Assembly (NCBI RefSeq): GCF_018977255.1
Contig: NW_024704742.1
Span: forward strand, 31,684,001-31,748,000
DNA length: 64,000 nt
Reading direction: 5' to 3'
DNA from: Callorhinchus milii
Lineage: Eukaryota
Positions 23,293 to 36,523 of the stretch are shown one piece after another. How positions within the stretch are numbered: position 1 is the first letter of the stretch; each line of letters opens with the position of its first letter. Below the pieces are notes generated by a model that did not search any database, was not told the origin of the DNA, and worked only from the letters and a program-made list of their open reading frames with translations. Both the position numbers and the translations under genes were made by a program.

Positions 23293-25694
23293 AAGGGAGA
23301 AGGGAATAGAGTGGTATGGGAGGAAATAAGGAGGCAAGACTTGTGTAGAGTACGATCATAGGCTGGTTGGGCTGATTGGCTCGTACAATTTATGTAAGGG
23401 ACAGGCAACACCTGCCCCTTCAAATCGGTTCACACCACTGCCCTGAAACCTTTTCCACACACCTGCATCAATCTTGCATGCTGTATAGTAATGTATTTGA
23501 TGCCAACTAAGCAATGCTAAGCGGCTTGGGAAACAAATGTCAATCACTTTGGCTCTGGCTTTGAAGCAAGATTGTGATCTTGGCTCGCCACTCATCTTTG
23601 CCCCCACACCTACTCCAGCCAAGCCAGAATTATCTTAACATTTTTGTAGGAACCATTTCGATCACCCTAGATTAAATATAAATTAACTTGACACAGGGAT
23701 AAGGATAACGTGACATGACACTGACTCATCCACTCTGCTTTTCCTGAGGTTGTCACCACTAGCCATTCACAATGCATTATTCTTGTCTGATTGTTGAGAT
23801 TCGCAAACAGGATTCAAAGTGCTAGTTAAAACTTGCAAATATCAAAAGCATTTTGATGTTCGCAATTGACTGCTTTGTGAATGGTGATTTCCAAAAGGCA
23901 GGCGAATTGCTGGTGTTTTGCTCTCCAACTTACTTTTTCACTTGATGGCTTTTCAAATCTTAGTGTATTTTTATAAATATGACAAGTGGCTTTATTGCAT
24001 TCAGATGTCCTTCTGATGTGCAAGGTGCTATATAAATGTCAATATGTATTGTTTATGGCAAATAGGGCTTATGATTTTCAGATGTGACTGGGTATCCGTT
24101 AGCATGTCAAATACAATTGGCAAATTTCATGATTTAGTCTCCAATATCCGCATAAACTGCTTCAAATTGTACATCTGTTTATTCTTCCTACTGATTTGTC
24201 TTCTCCTTTATATAACTTCTCCCAACTCACCTGTTCAGCTTGATGAAAGGTCGTACCTAAAACAAGTTTGTAATCTTTCCAGCCAGGATTATAGTGTTCA
24301 TTTCACAACCTGACTTTCCAACTATTCATCAGCCATATCCTTCAACAAGCTGGAAATACCAAAATTCAGGGATTTAATAGACCGTAGCTTTACTTCATTG
24401 AATCCACAAGGTAAATTTATGATATTAACTCCAGAAATGAAGAGAATTGCCAAATTGGAAACCGGCCAGGAAATTGCTTTCCACGGATTGGGATTTTGAC
24501 TTTCTGATCCATTCAACAGCCACAGGTGGAGCGCTATACCATAACCCATCTATTGCAGTTCATCTAATGGGTTAAAGATTACATGGAACTACTGGATTTT
24601 GCAAAACTGAAAATCCAGAAGGGTGCAACTGAAATCAGCCAGGAATCCTGCTCCAGACTGTTAGAATCAGGTTTAGCTTTCACACCCTCAAAGACAAACA
24701 GCCTCCCAACACTCACAAACAAGGTTCTCACTTCAACAGCAATTTGGCAACATTCCTAGGGGGTGAAAAGTGTGATGTTTCGAACCAGATTCAATGTGAT
24801 TATTATCATGTTATCTAAATTTTTTTTTAAAAAAACTTTTACTGCACATCAATGAGGCATTCAAGCCAAATCACAAGTTACTCGCCGTAGTTCCTGTTAA
24901 GCCTTTTAAGAACTAAAGCAGCACCATTTCTAAGAAATGCTTAAAAAAAACTTCCTTTGTGCTGTACTTTTGTCATTACAGGATCAGGAGAAAATGCCCA
25001 ATACTATTCTATCTTAGACGGTTTAGCAATGGTGCACACAATAGGTAATGTGTTCAAACAGTATTGCCTTGGAAACTTGGCTCAAGTATTAATTTAAGCA
25101 ACACTGGGAGAAGGTAAATCCATTTATTACTGTACCTCAACTCATTAAATCTTTCATCAAGCATGAAGGCTTTGTTAGTAAAAAGGCTTTAAGGTGCAGT
25201 CATTCGCTGAGTATAGAAATAATATCAAAAAGATTTTAGTTATAGCTTTCTCCTCCTCTTCCCCTATTTGTATTGGGGAAAAAGTAAATTATTTTAACAT
25301 TAACATGACTTGTAACATTCAGCACACCACAGAGAGAAGTTCGAGTATCTTTTTAAAAATATATTAATGTGATTCCTATCTGTTTGATGAGGTTGACTAA
25401 AATGTTACATTTCATATGAAACTGCAGCTGTACCCATCGCCTTTGAAGACAGATACAATAGACAATAGTGCAAAGTAGAAACTGAAAACTCAAGCCAAAA
25501 TAGAACAGAAAAACAAGGAGAGAGAGCGAGAGAGACGGGAGGTGGGGGGGGCTCATTTTAAAAAATATGCACCACTTCGTCACAATATAGCACCCAAGAG
25601 AAAAATAAGGCTATTTACTCCACTTCTGAATTCCCCCACTCCCCGATCGAACACTATTCCTGACATAAGAAAGCAAACTGTTGCTTAATAACAT

Positions 25695-26120
25695 TTCTTG
25701 CATTTGAAATAGTGCCTTATCATGTCATCAAGATGTCTCAAAGTGCTTCACAGGATATTCTGTAAAGCGATGCAACTGATTTTGTGGGTGAAGTCAGCAG
25801 CCAATTTGTGTAGAGAACATCTAACAAACTGCCATGAAGTGAATGACCAATTTTATTTGGAGGATTGTTGGCCAGGATACTAGTAGAAACTCCCTTCTCT
25901 TCACAAACAGTGCTACAGAATATTTAATTTCCACTTGAATATGGGAGCCATTAGGCAGATGGGACCTTATTTTAACATCTGAAGGATGGCACCTCCAACA
26001 ATGCAGCCCACCTCTTGCATTAAGAGTTCCATCTTAGACCATGCGATTTCAAGGCAAGATGTGGGGCTTAAACCCACAACCTTCTGATTCAGAGGCAAGA
26101 GTGTTATCACTGCACAAGGC
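25695..26120 (-). mobile_element. Deu-domain SINE (SacSINE1-like), near full length
   Basis: Reverse of cactcttgcctctgaatcagaaggttgtgggttt head, ggaggtgccatccttc core and L2-type tail. Confidence 0.75.
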
Positions 26121-28425
26121 TGACACACACACTTCTAAGCGAAGAATTACTGAAGTACTCCAATGCTATGTATTTAGCCTCATTTACACCATGGGGATAA
26201 AAATGCACAACATTTTCAGTACTTTCACATCTAGAATCAGGATCTAATACTTTGGCTATTATTCCCACGGTTTCCACATCCCAAGACAGCTCATTGGCCC
26301 ATTTCATCACATCTTTCCGGAACACCAACTTTCCCTTCCCATTATAGCCTGAAGTAATTTCTTATGTTAAATCAGTGTGCTGGCCTCAACCACCCTTCCT
26401 GGTAACTCTTCCAGCTTGTATAAAGTCACTTCCTGCCGACTGACCTAAATTTTCCTATCACAATCCTGAATCTGTGCCTTCTTGTTCTGCTGCCTTGGTG
26501 CGTGAAAATACAGTCCTGTTTTTTCTTTCTCTGTTCTGTCTAGCATTTAATACATATAAATGTAGCTTCCACTCCCACGTCGGGACTTGGAATCACATAG
26601 TCTAAGCTGACATTCTAATACAGTGCTGTGGGTGTCAGAGGTGCCATCCTTCAGATGAGAAGTTAAACCAAGGGCCCATCTGCCTATTCAGCCGGATGTT
26701 AAAATCCTCTGGGATGACTCTTTTCAAAGCTGAGAAGCCCTGGCTTATTTCATCATTGCTCAGGGTCATCGCTCCTCATTCTTGTTTGCCTATGGGGCCT
26801 CGACCATTTAATAATCCACATCAGCGTGTGTCTTACCCTTACCCAAAGCCCAAAAGAAAGACAAGTTAACCCTTTTGGGCACACTAAAGCCTCAGGTGAC
26901 AACGTGTGTTTCTCTTTCAAATACAGAATGATGTGCTGCAGATTTTCAACATTGCTAGGTTTCTTTTTAAGGTGCTACAAATTGGTTTACAAATCCCCTG
27001 TTTGGGGGGGAGGGGAGTTCACATTATTTTAAAAAATCAGAAAGGAAAGAAACTGAATAACAGACAGCAAGTGATCAAAGCACACACAAATCTCAATGTG
27101 CGATTCCCCAATACAAAAACAGGATTTCACAGCATGTTATAAAGATAGATATGGTGTCTCATGCTTCAAACACACCCCTCTCTGGAAGTGCTGCAACAAA
27201 GCTAGACTTTGCTACAGCAACGTGGAGTCACATTACCGTCTTGAATAAATATTTAGGATTCTGATTTATTACCTCGGATGATGGTGAAACATTACTGAAA
27301 ATCTTGCACTTGGGGCACAAACAGGTTTGGCTACAAAATAACAGGCACTACTCTGTACAGTAAAAAAACTTGTGAAATGCTTTGAGTTATCTTCCCAATG
27401 TGAAAGGTGCCAATTCATCTGCAGGATTATTTACTAACATCGGTATTTATCAATACTAGTATACGTTATTATTTAGATGTGAGAATCCATGAGAGCTGCA
27501 GATTGAGCATGGAGGGAGCTGGATAGAATTTCCATGCAAGAAACTGCCTGGTTTGGATACCCTTAAGCTTCTACAGGATTTAGTTATTGATCAAAAAAGA
27601 CTTGTAAACTACTGAAATTAAAAAAAACTTACATTATCTCTTGTCAAGAGGTTGATAAAACCAGTACTCAAGTGAGGTCAACCTGCAATGTCAGGTTGAT
27701 CACTTGGTTCAGTGCACACCTCTGCCTTACTGAAGGCCTATCCCTCACTGTTCGCCAGTCAAATAGGATTTCTCTGCTCAAATAGGGCAAAAGGATCTCT
27801 ACTGTTATCAAGTTAAGGGTCACTGAAAAGGGGGTGGCTGACAGATGGCATGTGAAGTATGCACGGATGACCTGAAGCAAAAGGGTAAAATCCAACTGAT
27901 TAAGGACCATGAACACAGTTGTAAATGTGTGAAAAGGGGATCTCAGGGTTGGTACCAAGGGGTATTTATTTTGCTGCTTGTATCTGGCATCTACAAAGAG
28001 TCAAATAAAATTACTGGCAACATTTGTAGGTACTCATGACGTGATAAATAATCTTTTTGTTTGATTTACTGCCTTCTACATTGGGAAGGGTATCTCAAAG
28101 CACTTCATAGGATAGACTGAAGTGTAGCGACTGTATTTTGTGGAATACAAATGTTGCACCAGACACTATTCCTGTGCTGGGGTGCTGAGTGTGTCAGAAC
28201 AAAATGAGGCATGGAAGAAGGAAAGATAATTTGTCAAAGACAACACAAAAAAGAGAGAAAGGTTTGGACAGGAACGACTCAATTCCCAAAGGTAATAAGC
28301 AACTGAGGAATATCTGCTCCCACTTACAAATCTCTCTGAACCCACTTCCCTTCAAACCCAACAGCTGTTATGTTCCATGGCACTTGTTCATTTCAAATGG
28401 CATGTAAGCCCTACAGCCTCGTAGG

Positions 28426-28686
28426 TAGGGTGATCATACGTCCCCTATTCCCAGAGACAATCCCCGGATGAAGGATTGTGTCCCTGGGGCCAAATTTGCC
28501 TCGTCTTGAGTTCAGCAACAAACTGAGCAAGAACAATAACATTGTAAAGCAGATACATTCATCAGAGAAACGCAGCTATTAATCCAACAAGCTTCTCCAG
28601 TACTACCAGCATCAGCAATTGTGGCGAGCTAAAAATGTTTTCAATACATATTCCCGGGGTTTGGTTTACAAAATATGGTCACCCTA
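28426..28686. mobile_element. hAT-type MITE, 261 bp
   Basis: Terminal inverted repeats tagggtgatcata / tatggtcacccta. Flanks tcgtagg / tcttagg resemble a decayed target-site duplication. Confidence 0.72.
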
Positions 28687-29084
28687 TCTTAGGTCCACAT
28701 ATCCATGAGTCTGTGCCGGGAGAACCGTCCAGCAATTTGGTCACTAGCAGTTTATGTATTTTTAGCTGATGTCCTCAAATCAGTTTAAGTCAAAGAACCA
28801 TCAGACTGCATCACCCGCAGCTCTAATCATCTGATAATCTGGATGATATACTCTTCTGTACTTTTCTCCAATAAATACAAGTCCAGGTCCAGAAGCCTCA
28901 CCTCATGAAGTACAGTAAATAAAACTTACAAACGTACAGGTGTCTGCAAAAAAATATATGCACCAAATCCAGGGGTCTGCAAAAGGAAAATCATTCTGTC
29001 TACTCAGAACCCATCTGCTCAGGTTTCCAAAGTTATCAATTTAGTTTATCGGGTATGGGTCTGTGTGCAGGGATTGCTAGGAGA

Positions 29085-29690
29085 CAGTGCGTCCGGTTCT
29101 GTCCTTGAATGGTTCAGATCCTGCCTCTCACACCGTTTCCACTTCATCTGCACATATGGCTTCTCCCCGCACCGTCTCATACTATGTTCTGCAGGATTCT
29201 ATCCTTGGTCCACTTCTCTTCAAGTTGTACATGTTTCCTCTTGGTAACATCACCCGCAGATCTGGGGTCAACTTCCACACTTATCTGGATGACACCCAAC
29301 TCTATCTCTCTGCTTCCACCCTAACTCCAGGACCACTGCTGTCCTGACAGAATGTCTGTCAGACATCAAGTCCTGGATGAGAGCTAACTTTCTTCAGTTG
29401 AACATCAATAAGACCGAGGCTTTCCTGATTGGCTCCCATGGTGCCTCCACACCTCAGGCACTAGCAGGATCAACATCCAAGAAATTCCCTTTGCCTCGCT
29501 CCCTCCTTCGCCTCCTTCAAGGCACATCTTAAGACCCTCCTCTTTAAGCGTGCGTTCAGCCACTCTCCACCCTCCCTGCCCTTCACCCTCCCTTATCCCA
29601 ACACCTTTACCAAATCACTGACTGTCCAGCACCTTGGGACATCCTCCCAACGTGAAAGGCGATATACAAATGTAATTTTGTATAACAATA
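29085..29690 (+). mobile_element. Internally deleted L2 fragment
   Basis: [18 protein letters not shown]...FHTYLDDTQLYLS (RT core), then SWMRANFLQLN, then a jump to the 3' tail. Confidence 0.82.
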
Positions 29691-30024
29691 AATTAAATCC
29701 TAATCAAAACCATTAATTGAACTGTGTTCTTATTAAACTTTTATATTCAGTGATGCAACAAATTGATCTTTTATACAGCATTCAGATTTACACTGAATAT
29801 GTCTCTCATTCTCTATCCTCTATACACATCATTTGCACACACTGATCTGTGATAATTACTAATCTGAAGTCATACATTAACACCAGTTACTTAGACAAGA
29901 TACGGCCTAGGAATTATACTCGTACAACTCTTGTTGTGATATCTAGTTGTAGATATTTCTCTGCAAGCCAATGTGTACAGATCAGATCAATGCGGGTTTA
30001 AGTCCTATGTAAGGTTTCTAAAGT

Positions 30025-30640
30025 CTAGAGGGATTAAGGAATATGGGGATAGGGCGGGTAAATGGAATTAGGCTAGAAGATCAGCCATGATCTTATTAAA
30101 TGTCAGGGCAGGCTCAAGGGGCTGAATGGCCTACTCCTGCTCCTACATTTAATGGTCTTATGGTTAGGGCTTTGAACTCATAGTCCAGATTGATACTCCA
30201 ATGCAATTCAGGAGGGTGCTGTATTGTCAGAGGTTCCATCCTTAAGATGAGACATTAAACAAAAGTCCCATCTACCTGTCAAGATGAATGTTAATGATCC
30301 CATGACACTATTTGAAAAGAAATGGAGTTTCTCCTGGTGTCCTGGCCAACGATCTCCAAATAAAATTGGTCACTCACTCCTTGCTGTTTGTGAGTATATT
30401 CTGTGAAGTGCTTTGAGATGTGAAGAAGCGCTATATCAAATGCAAGGATTATTATTATTATTACTGTTGTGTGCTATATAAAATGTAAGGATTATTTATA
30501 CTGCTGTGCGCAATTGGCTGCCGCATTTCGCCCACAAAATATACAGTCAATTCACTTTACAGTATATTCTGTGAAGTGCTTTGAGACGTTTCAAAGATGT
30601 AATAAGGCGCTATATCACATGCAATTATTATTATTGGTTA
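30025..30640 (+). mobile_element. Cluster of a CR1 3' tail, a Deu-domain SINE and duplicated SINE tails
   Basis: CR1 tail 30030-30160 similar to 2941-3070; SINE core 30165-30465; second tail 30500-30635. Confidence 0.72.
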
Positions 30641-31844
30641 CAGCCACTGATCCACATAATCCCACGATCAGCAATGAGATGATCAACGTGTTTTGGTGAA
30701 TTTGCACAAGGCATTTTGGACAAGACAATCATGTTGGCCAAGATATTAGAATGTCCTGTTCCACTTCAAAGTGGTAGCAATGAATCTTCTAACATGCAAA
30801 ATCCATGTGACATGATACAATCAGGTCCAAAATCACCATCTTAAATGGGGTAGAGCAGCAATTCGTGTAATATGCAAAATAGTCCCACAGCTGAGACCAC
30901 GTGAGAAAGGTGGGGGTTTTGGCAACGCCTCAAATGGCACAAGTATAGGATGAATAGACTGCCTCTACTCGACTCCTGTCTCTTAAAAGCTCTTGGGTGG
31001 TCCTTTGTCAACCCAGCAACTTTCATAGAATTGTTTCTTTTAAAAATGTTATCAAAGAGTTCATCAGTCACGCAATGAGCGTTTTATTTTAAAAGAAGAT
31101 TAAAGCAATAAAACTATAGTTTTGGGTTCTGTTTAAAAAAAGCAAAACAGCTCCCGATTGAGTCTCACAAATATAAGTCAGGCTTCCTGGCTCAGGTCAC
31201 TTCCCTTTGTTTCAGCTGTCGAAACAAGGTTGTAAACACTTCTTGATGTTTATGCTCAAAACTACTGTGTAGATTTTATGTTATTTCTTCAAAGTTAAAA
31301 CAATTTCACCAGCTATTTTATGATTCACAAAAATCAGGGTTACTTATAAAAATGAATAAAAACTTCAACAAATGTGTACTAGTGGATTCATCAATATGAT
31401 GCATTTCTGGATATTTACGAACTGAATGATGTGTTTACTTGCACACAGGAAAAAAATAAAACAATGGTGTACACCAGGTATGGCCAACTTGAGATTATTA
31501 TTATGCACTTTTCCTGTTATGTGGGGAAAGGGCACATAATAATAATTGCATTTGATAGAGCACCTTTGCATGTCGTTGAGATGTCTCAAAGTGTTTCTCA
31601 GACTATATTGTAAAGTGAATTGACTGTATATTTTGTGGGCGAAACTTGCCTGAGGTTTTGACCTGCCCGAGAATCGAACCCAGATCCTCTCGCTTGTGAG
31701 GTGAGTGCTCCAACCAATAAGCTACGCTGGATTCCACTGCGTGCATAGAATAGTCACCCGGGCAGCATGCTGTCCATAAGTTGGCCAGCCCTGGTGTACA
31801 CAATGAAGGCATCATACAAGTTTAATATGTCAATATTCAGTTTG

Positions 31845-31950
31845 CTTGTGGATGTGACTAGGACAGGACTGATACTCGAGTCAGTCTTATCTCAATGGTT
31901 AGGCTCACACAAGGAAGGCCATTTGGGCAAAGTACCAGAGCATCCAACAC
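31845..31950 (+). mobile_element. LF-SINE-like relic (similar relics near 8700-9000, 24630-24770, 36770-36860, 40170-40430, 49340-49400)
   Basis: taggctcacac...ggccatttgggcaaagtaccagag recurs as tagactcatacatgaagaatagccatttgggtga at about 36810. Family assignment is from memory of the LF-SINE consensus. Confidence 0.5.
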
Positions 31951-32179
31951 CCTTGGGCCATTCTCAGCCATTGCCTTCAGCAGCTAAAAATGCAGACAAA
32001 ACAAAACAAAAAATGTCATTGACTTTTCTGATTGGGGAGCATCTCTCAGAATGTTACAGAATTCTGGGTGTTATTTGGGTTTTCAGTTAGCTTAAAAACA
32101 CTTAAAAAGCAAAAAATATTATTAATACTACTTACATTTGATATTGCGCTTTTCATATCAGGAAGATGTACCAAAGTAC

Positions 32180-32915
32180 TCACACTCATGTTCAAATCCA
32201 TTCACTCCATGGCATCTCCCTACCTCTCTGACCTCTTCACTTCCCCATCCACCGCCTCCGCTCAACTGGCACCTGCCTCCTGCTTGTCCCTCGCACCCTC
32301 CACTCCACCATTGTAGGTCTCACTTTCAGCCACTATCCCTCGAAACTCTGGAACACTCTCCCTCAATCCCTCCGCCTTGTCCCTTCTCTCCTCATTTTCA
32401 AGTCCTGCCTGAAAGCTTTTCGTGTTTGATCGTGCTTACGGTCACCACCACCACACCCACCCTTTCCCACCCACCCAGAGCTCGGAGTAAGGCTCTGCAA
32501 CAGTTAAGCACTCTGAGACCTTAGCCTGTGTAAAGGGCGCTATATAAGTGCAAGTTGTTCTACTTTACAAGATGTCCTGTAGAGTGTAGTGATGGTTTTA
32601 TAGTAAATGTGGTAGTCAATTTGAGCACAACAATGTCCCACAAGAGCCATTAAGTGAGAGACCAATTTTATTTGGGGGATTGTTGGCCAGGACAACGAGA
32701 GAAATTCCCTTCGCTTTTCGAATAGTGCAATGGGATCTATAACATCCACACGAACAGGCAGACAGGACTTTGGTTTAACATCTCATCCGAAGGTTGGCAT
32801 CTCAAACTAATCAGCACATCCCACATTGCTATATTGTGTCAGCTTGGGCTGTATACGAGTTCCAAGTCTGATGTGGGGCTTGAACCCACAACCTTCTGAC
32901 TCAGGAGAGAATGCA
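32180..32915. mobile_element. L2 3' fragment (+, 32180-32560) tail-to-tail with a Deu-domain SINE (-, 32540-32915)
   Basis: LTLMFKSIHSMASPYLSDL translation; reverse SINE head gagtcagaaggttgtgggttcaagcccc at about 32880-32903. Confidence 0.72.
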
Positions 32916-34022
32916 CACACCCACCTACAATGTACAGTCATGAAATATTATAGTTTAAAAAAAATAGCTTGGCTAATAGTAATTTAGGTCATGTTGTATG
33001 GGACAGAGATTCATCCAAAATAAATACAGGGTTTGTGCCAGGAGAAATGTACAGGAATTCCCATGTTCTGATTAGCAGGATGCAGCTCGAATAGCTGACA
33101 TTTTGCATTAAGTATCAGCAAATCCTGCCAGAAATGAACATTCTGCATGTTCCTGCCTGCTCTGAGCTTGCAAAGTTAAGCCAGGGGTTAGGGTAGGTGA
33201 TGTGAGGTGTTGGGGGGGAAAAAAGACAGCATGACAGTCAAAGCATTACACACGTGCTGCTGCAGCCATCAAAAAACATCAATATTAAATCTACATTCCC
33301 CAAATTCTACACTCCATATCTGTCAGCAGCTGCATGGAGGTGATGGATGGGTTCAATTGTGCCTAATCTCAGCCGAGGCGAGTGTCCCATGACTGTGGAA
33401 TGGAGGGGTGGGGGGGTGTTGGGGATGGGAGCTATTCAAAAATAATTGACTTTTGACTTTAAAAGAGCCACAAGATGACCACAAGACAAGACCATCTGAT
33501 CTCATCCTTCCAGAACACCCACTCTACTACAGTATCAAGCTGTTTTTTTAAATGAGTCAAATGTCCCAGCCTCAACCTGTTCTAGTGGTTCATTACCCTC
33601 TGAGTAAAAGAAAAACTTACTGATATCAGTCCTGAAATTGCCATTCGCATCTCTGAACCCAAGTACTTGTGTTCTACTATCTCATTGCATCCTAAATATA
33701 CCTCAGTCATGTGATGAGGCATTATGTTAAATGCAAGTATTATTTCTCCATTACTGGAGAAAACACAACAGGTCTCCGAATAGAGGACAACTCCACCTGC
33801 TCCGTTGCAATGTTAAAACTCTGTAAATACTGTACCCATGAAGTCTTTACCTCACAATCAAAGCAACCACCTGCAGGATTGAACGACTGATCTGTAGCCC
33901 AATATGGTGTCAGTCCGGAGCTTTCAGACAATATGGTTGCACAATGTTAAAATAACTGCTACCAAATTAGATACCTGTAGGCAAGCACCAGGCAATGGCA
34001 TCACTAGCACCGGGTTTCACAC

Positions 34023-34351
34023 TTAATAATAATAAAAATAATAATCCTTGCATTTGATAAAGCGCTTTTCACGTCCGGAGGACGTCCCAAAGCACTTCAC
34101 AGAACACACTGTAAAGTGAATTGACTGTATATTTGTGGGCGAACGCGGCAGCCAATTGCGCACAGCAATGTCCCACAAACAGTCGTAGATTGAAAATGAC
34201 CAATTTATTATTGTTTTTGGTTTTGGAGGGATTATTATTAGGCTCTGTGTGGAGTAAGGAAACTTGCCCAAGGTTTCGCCCTCTGCCTGGAATTGAACTC
34301 GGGTCTCTCGCTTGCAAAGCGAGTGCTCTAACCACTGAGCTACAGGACTCC
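34023..34351 (-). mobile_element. tRNA-derived SINE, young copy nearly identical to 7325-7657
   Basis: Reverse complement aligns end to end with few differences and lacks the same internal segment. Confidence 0.88.
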
Positions 34352-34523
34352 AACTTTGTTTCAATATAGTACCCCAGTGACCAAATATGTGCCATAACAG
34401 TAGTTGGCATGTTATAACTAAAGAGATCTCCAACCCAAACTCATTGTTACTTTATTCTTCAACATACTGAGATTAAACTTAATTTAGGAGAAGTTGCAAT
34501 AATTTTAACATTCAGTTCTGCTT

Positions 34524-34900
34524 ATAATAATAATAATCCCTGCATTTGATATAGGGCCTTATCATGTTGTTTAGACATCTCAAAGCGCTTCACAGAATAA
34601 TAATCCTTGCATTTGATATATTGCTTTTCACGTCTTCTGGACGTCTCAAAGCGCTTCACAGAAGACTGTAAAGTAAATTGACTGTATATTTGTGGGCGAA
34701 ATGCAGCAGCTAATTGCGCACAGCAGTTCCCACAAACAGTTGTGTGTTGAAATGACCAATTTATTATTGTTTTTTTCTTAAGGGATTATTATCAGGCATG
34801 TGGAGTAAGGAAACTTGCCCAAGGTTTCACCCTGACGGTAAACAAACCCAGGTCTTTCGCTTACAAAGCAAGTGCTCTAACCACTGAGCTCCAGGACTCC
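34524..34900 (-). mobile_element. tRNA-derived SINE with a duplicated tail
   Basis: Head ends at 34900 (ggactcc); two successive tails at about 34524 and 34597. Confidence 0.8.
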
Positions 34901-35357
34901 ACATATATATCATATATTTATAATATATCATAAAGTAAGTAAATTGACTACATATTTTGTGAAATGGCAACTCCAAAGAGCATAAACTACATTCTAATTA
35001 TTAAAAGTGTTTTAAACAAAAGTTAAAAGTGAAAAGTTAGAGGCCCAATTTCCAGATGGTCCTTGGTTGGCTAATCCCAGCCTCAGTTACAGTCCGGGCA
35101 CTTCAATTAACCTCAGAAACATTGGAAGAAAAGACAGAAGAAAAATCCCATGAACTCCGGAGGGAACAAAATAAAATCAGTTGTTTTTAAAATTTATTGT
35201 TTCCACTTATTTTTCTAATTTTCTACATATTCAGGTTAATGCCTCCCTGCTCCTGGTCTGGCCTCACCTCGCTGGGGTGCAGTTCCACCTATGCTGGTTG
35301 CCTTCTGATCCCTCACTTACGAGTGTCAGCTCACCGCTCCCCACCCGGCTTCTACAC

Positions 35358-36523
35358 TTTTTTAAAAAAAAAAATATATATTTATTTGTTGATATATTTA
35401 CGCTCGTCTCAGACAGCGTCAAACCCGCTACAGAAAAGAAGACGCAACATGTTATTATCCCGTACAGAACGTAACAGACCCGGCCCCTTGTGACGGGGGT
35501 GGCCTCTGCATGCTCCATTCTGGTGAAGAGACCAAGGCTTTTCCACCTCGGGGTTCTGCCACCTTTTGTAGGGCGCAGTTACAAATGAGGTCTTGTAACC
35601 CCCTCCCTATCCCTCCCCTCTTAGTGGGGAGTGGGAACAGGTTCACAGCACAGAGGTTGTGCACACATTTGTTTGGGACGCTCCCTTTACGACATTTGGG
35701 AATCACCCCTGTGTGCACTGCATCCATGTGCCGTGCCTGCACACTCCATCTGAAGTGCACCGTATGAACACATTTACCCAAACTCACACCTGGAAACCTC
35801 GCAAACACAAACCCATACATTATATACTTGGCCAGTCCCGTGCCTGTCACCGCAGCATCCCTGCCGGGGTTCTGTTCTCCTTTTCTACAGGGAGCAGTTA
35901 CACGTGTTGGCTAGTCTCTTCTCTGCCATCCTTTCACAGGACAGTATGCCTTTACCTCACTCCTTGCCACTCCCCCTTTTATGGGGCGGAAGCAGACAGG
36001 CAGGCAGACATACATACATTTTCGTGACGCTCCTTATTTACATCTCGAGCATCCCTCTGTACATTTACATGGTTACACACAATGTTTATTCAGTTTTGGG
36101 TGTACTCTTGAGTTACCCGGTGAGCCCGCCCTGACGTCTCGCCTGTCACTGGTAGGGACCCTGGCGCGTGGGGATGTGACACCAATGTGATCGCGGTTAG
36201 CACAGGAGCGGCTCTGGCTGGGGTCAGGCCCCATCTAGCCTTTACTGAGGCTGAGATGAGCTTCAGCGCGTTCCTCAGTAGGTAGCCCCTGATCCTAGCG
36301 TGCGTGAGCCTGAGGCAGGCCCTCTCCATCCCCTCATTCCGCTGGAAGACCACCAGGTTTCGGGAGTACCAATGAGCCTCCTTCACCTCAGGCAGCTACA
36401 CATAGAGGTGGCCATGAGGATCGGGACTATATTAGGGACACCTTTGCCACCTTTCTCCGGGGTCTTGTGCATTGTGTCTCTGCGGTCATGATCCATCTTG
36501 GAACCCCAGATCAGGTGGATCAG
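35358..36523 (-). mobile_element. 5'-truncated Tx1/L1-clade non-LTR retrotransposon with 12-bp target-site duplication
   Basis: Direct repeat cggcttctacac at 35346-35357 and 36524-36535. Minus-strand AATAAA and A-tail at the 35358 end. ORF 36090-36386 (KEAHWYSRNLVVFQ...ACLRLTHARIRGYLLRNALKL...KARWG) resembles the IWxxRNxxxF C-terminus of Tx1/L1 ORF2. Confidence 0.75.
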
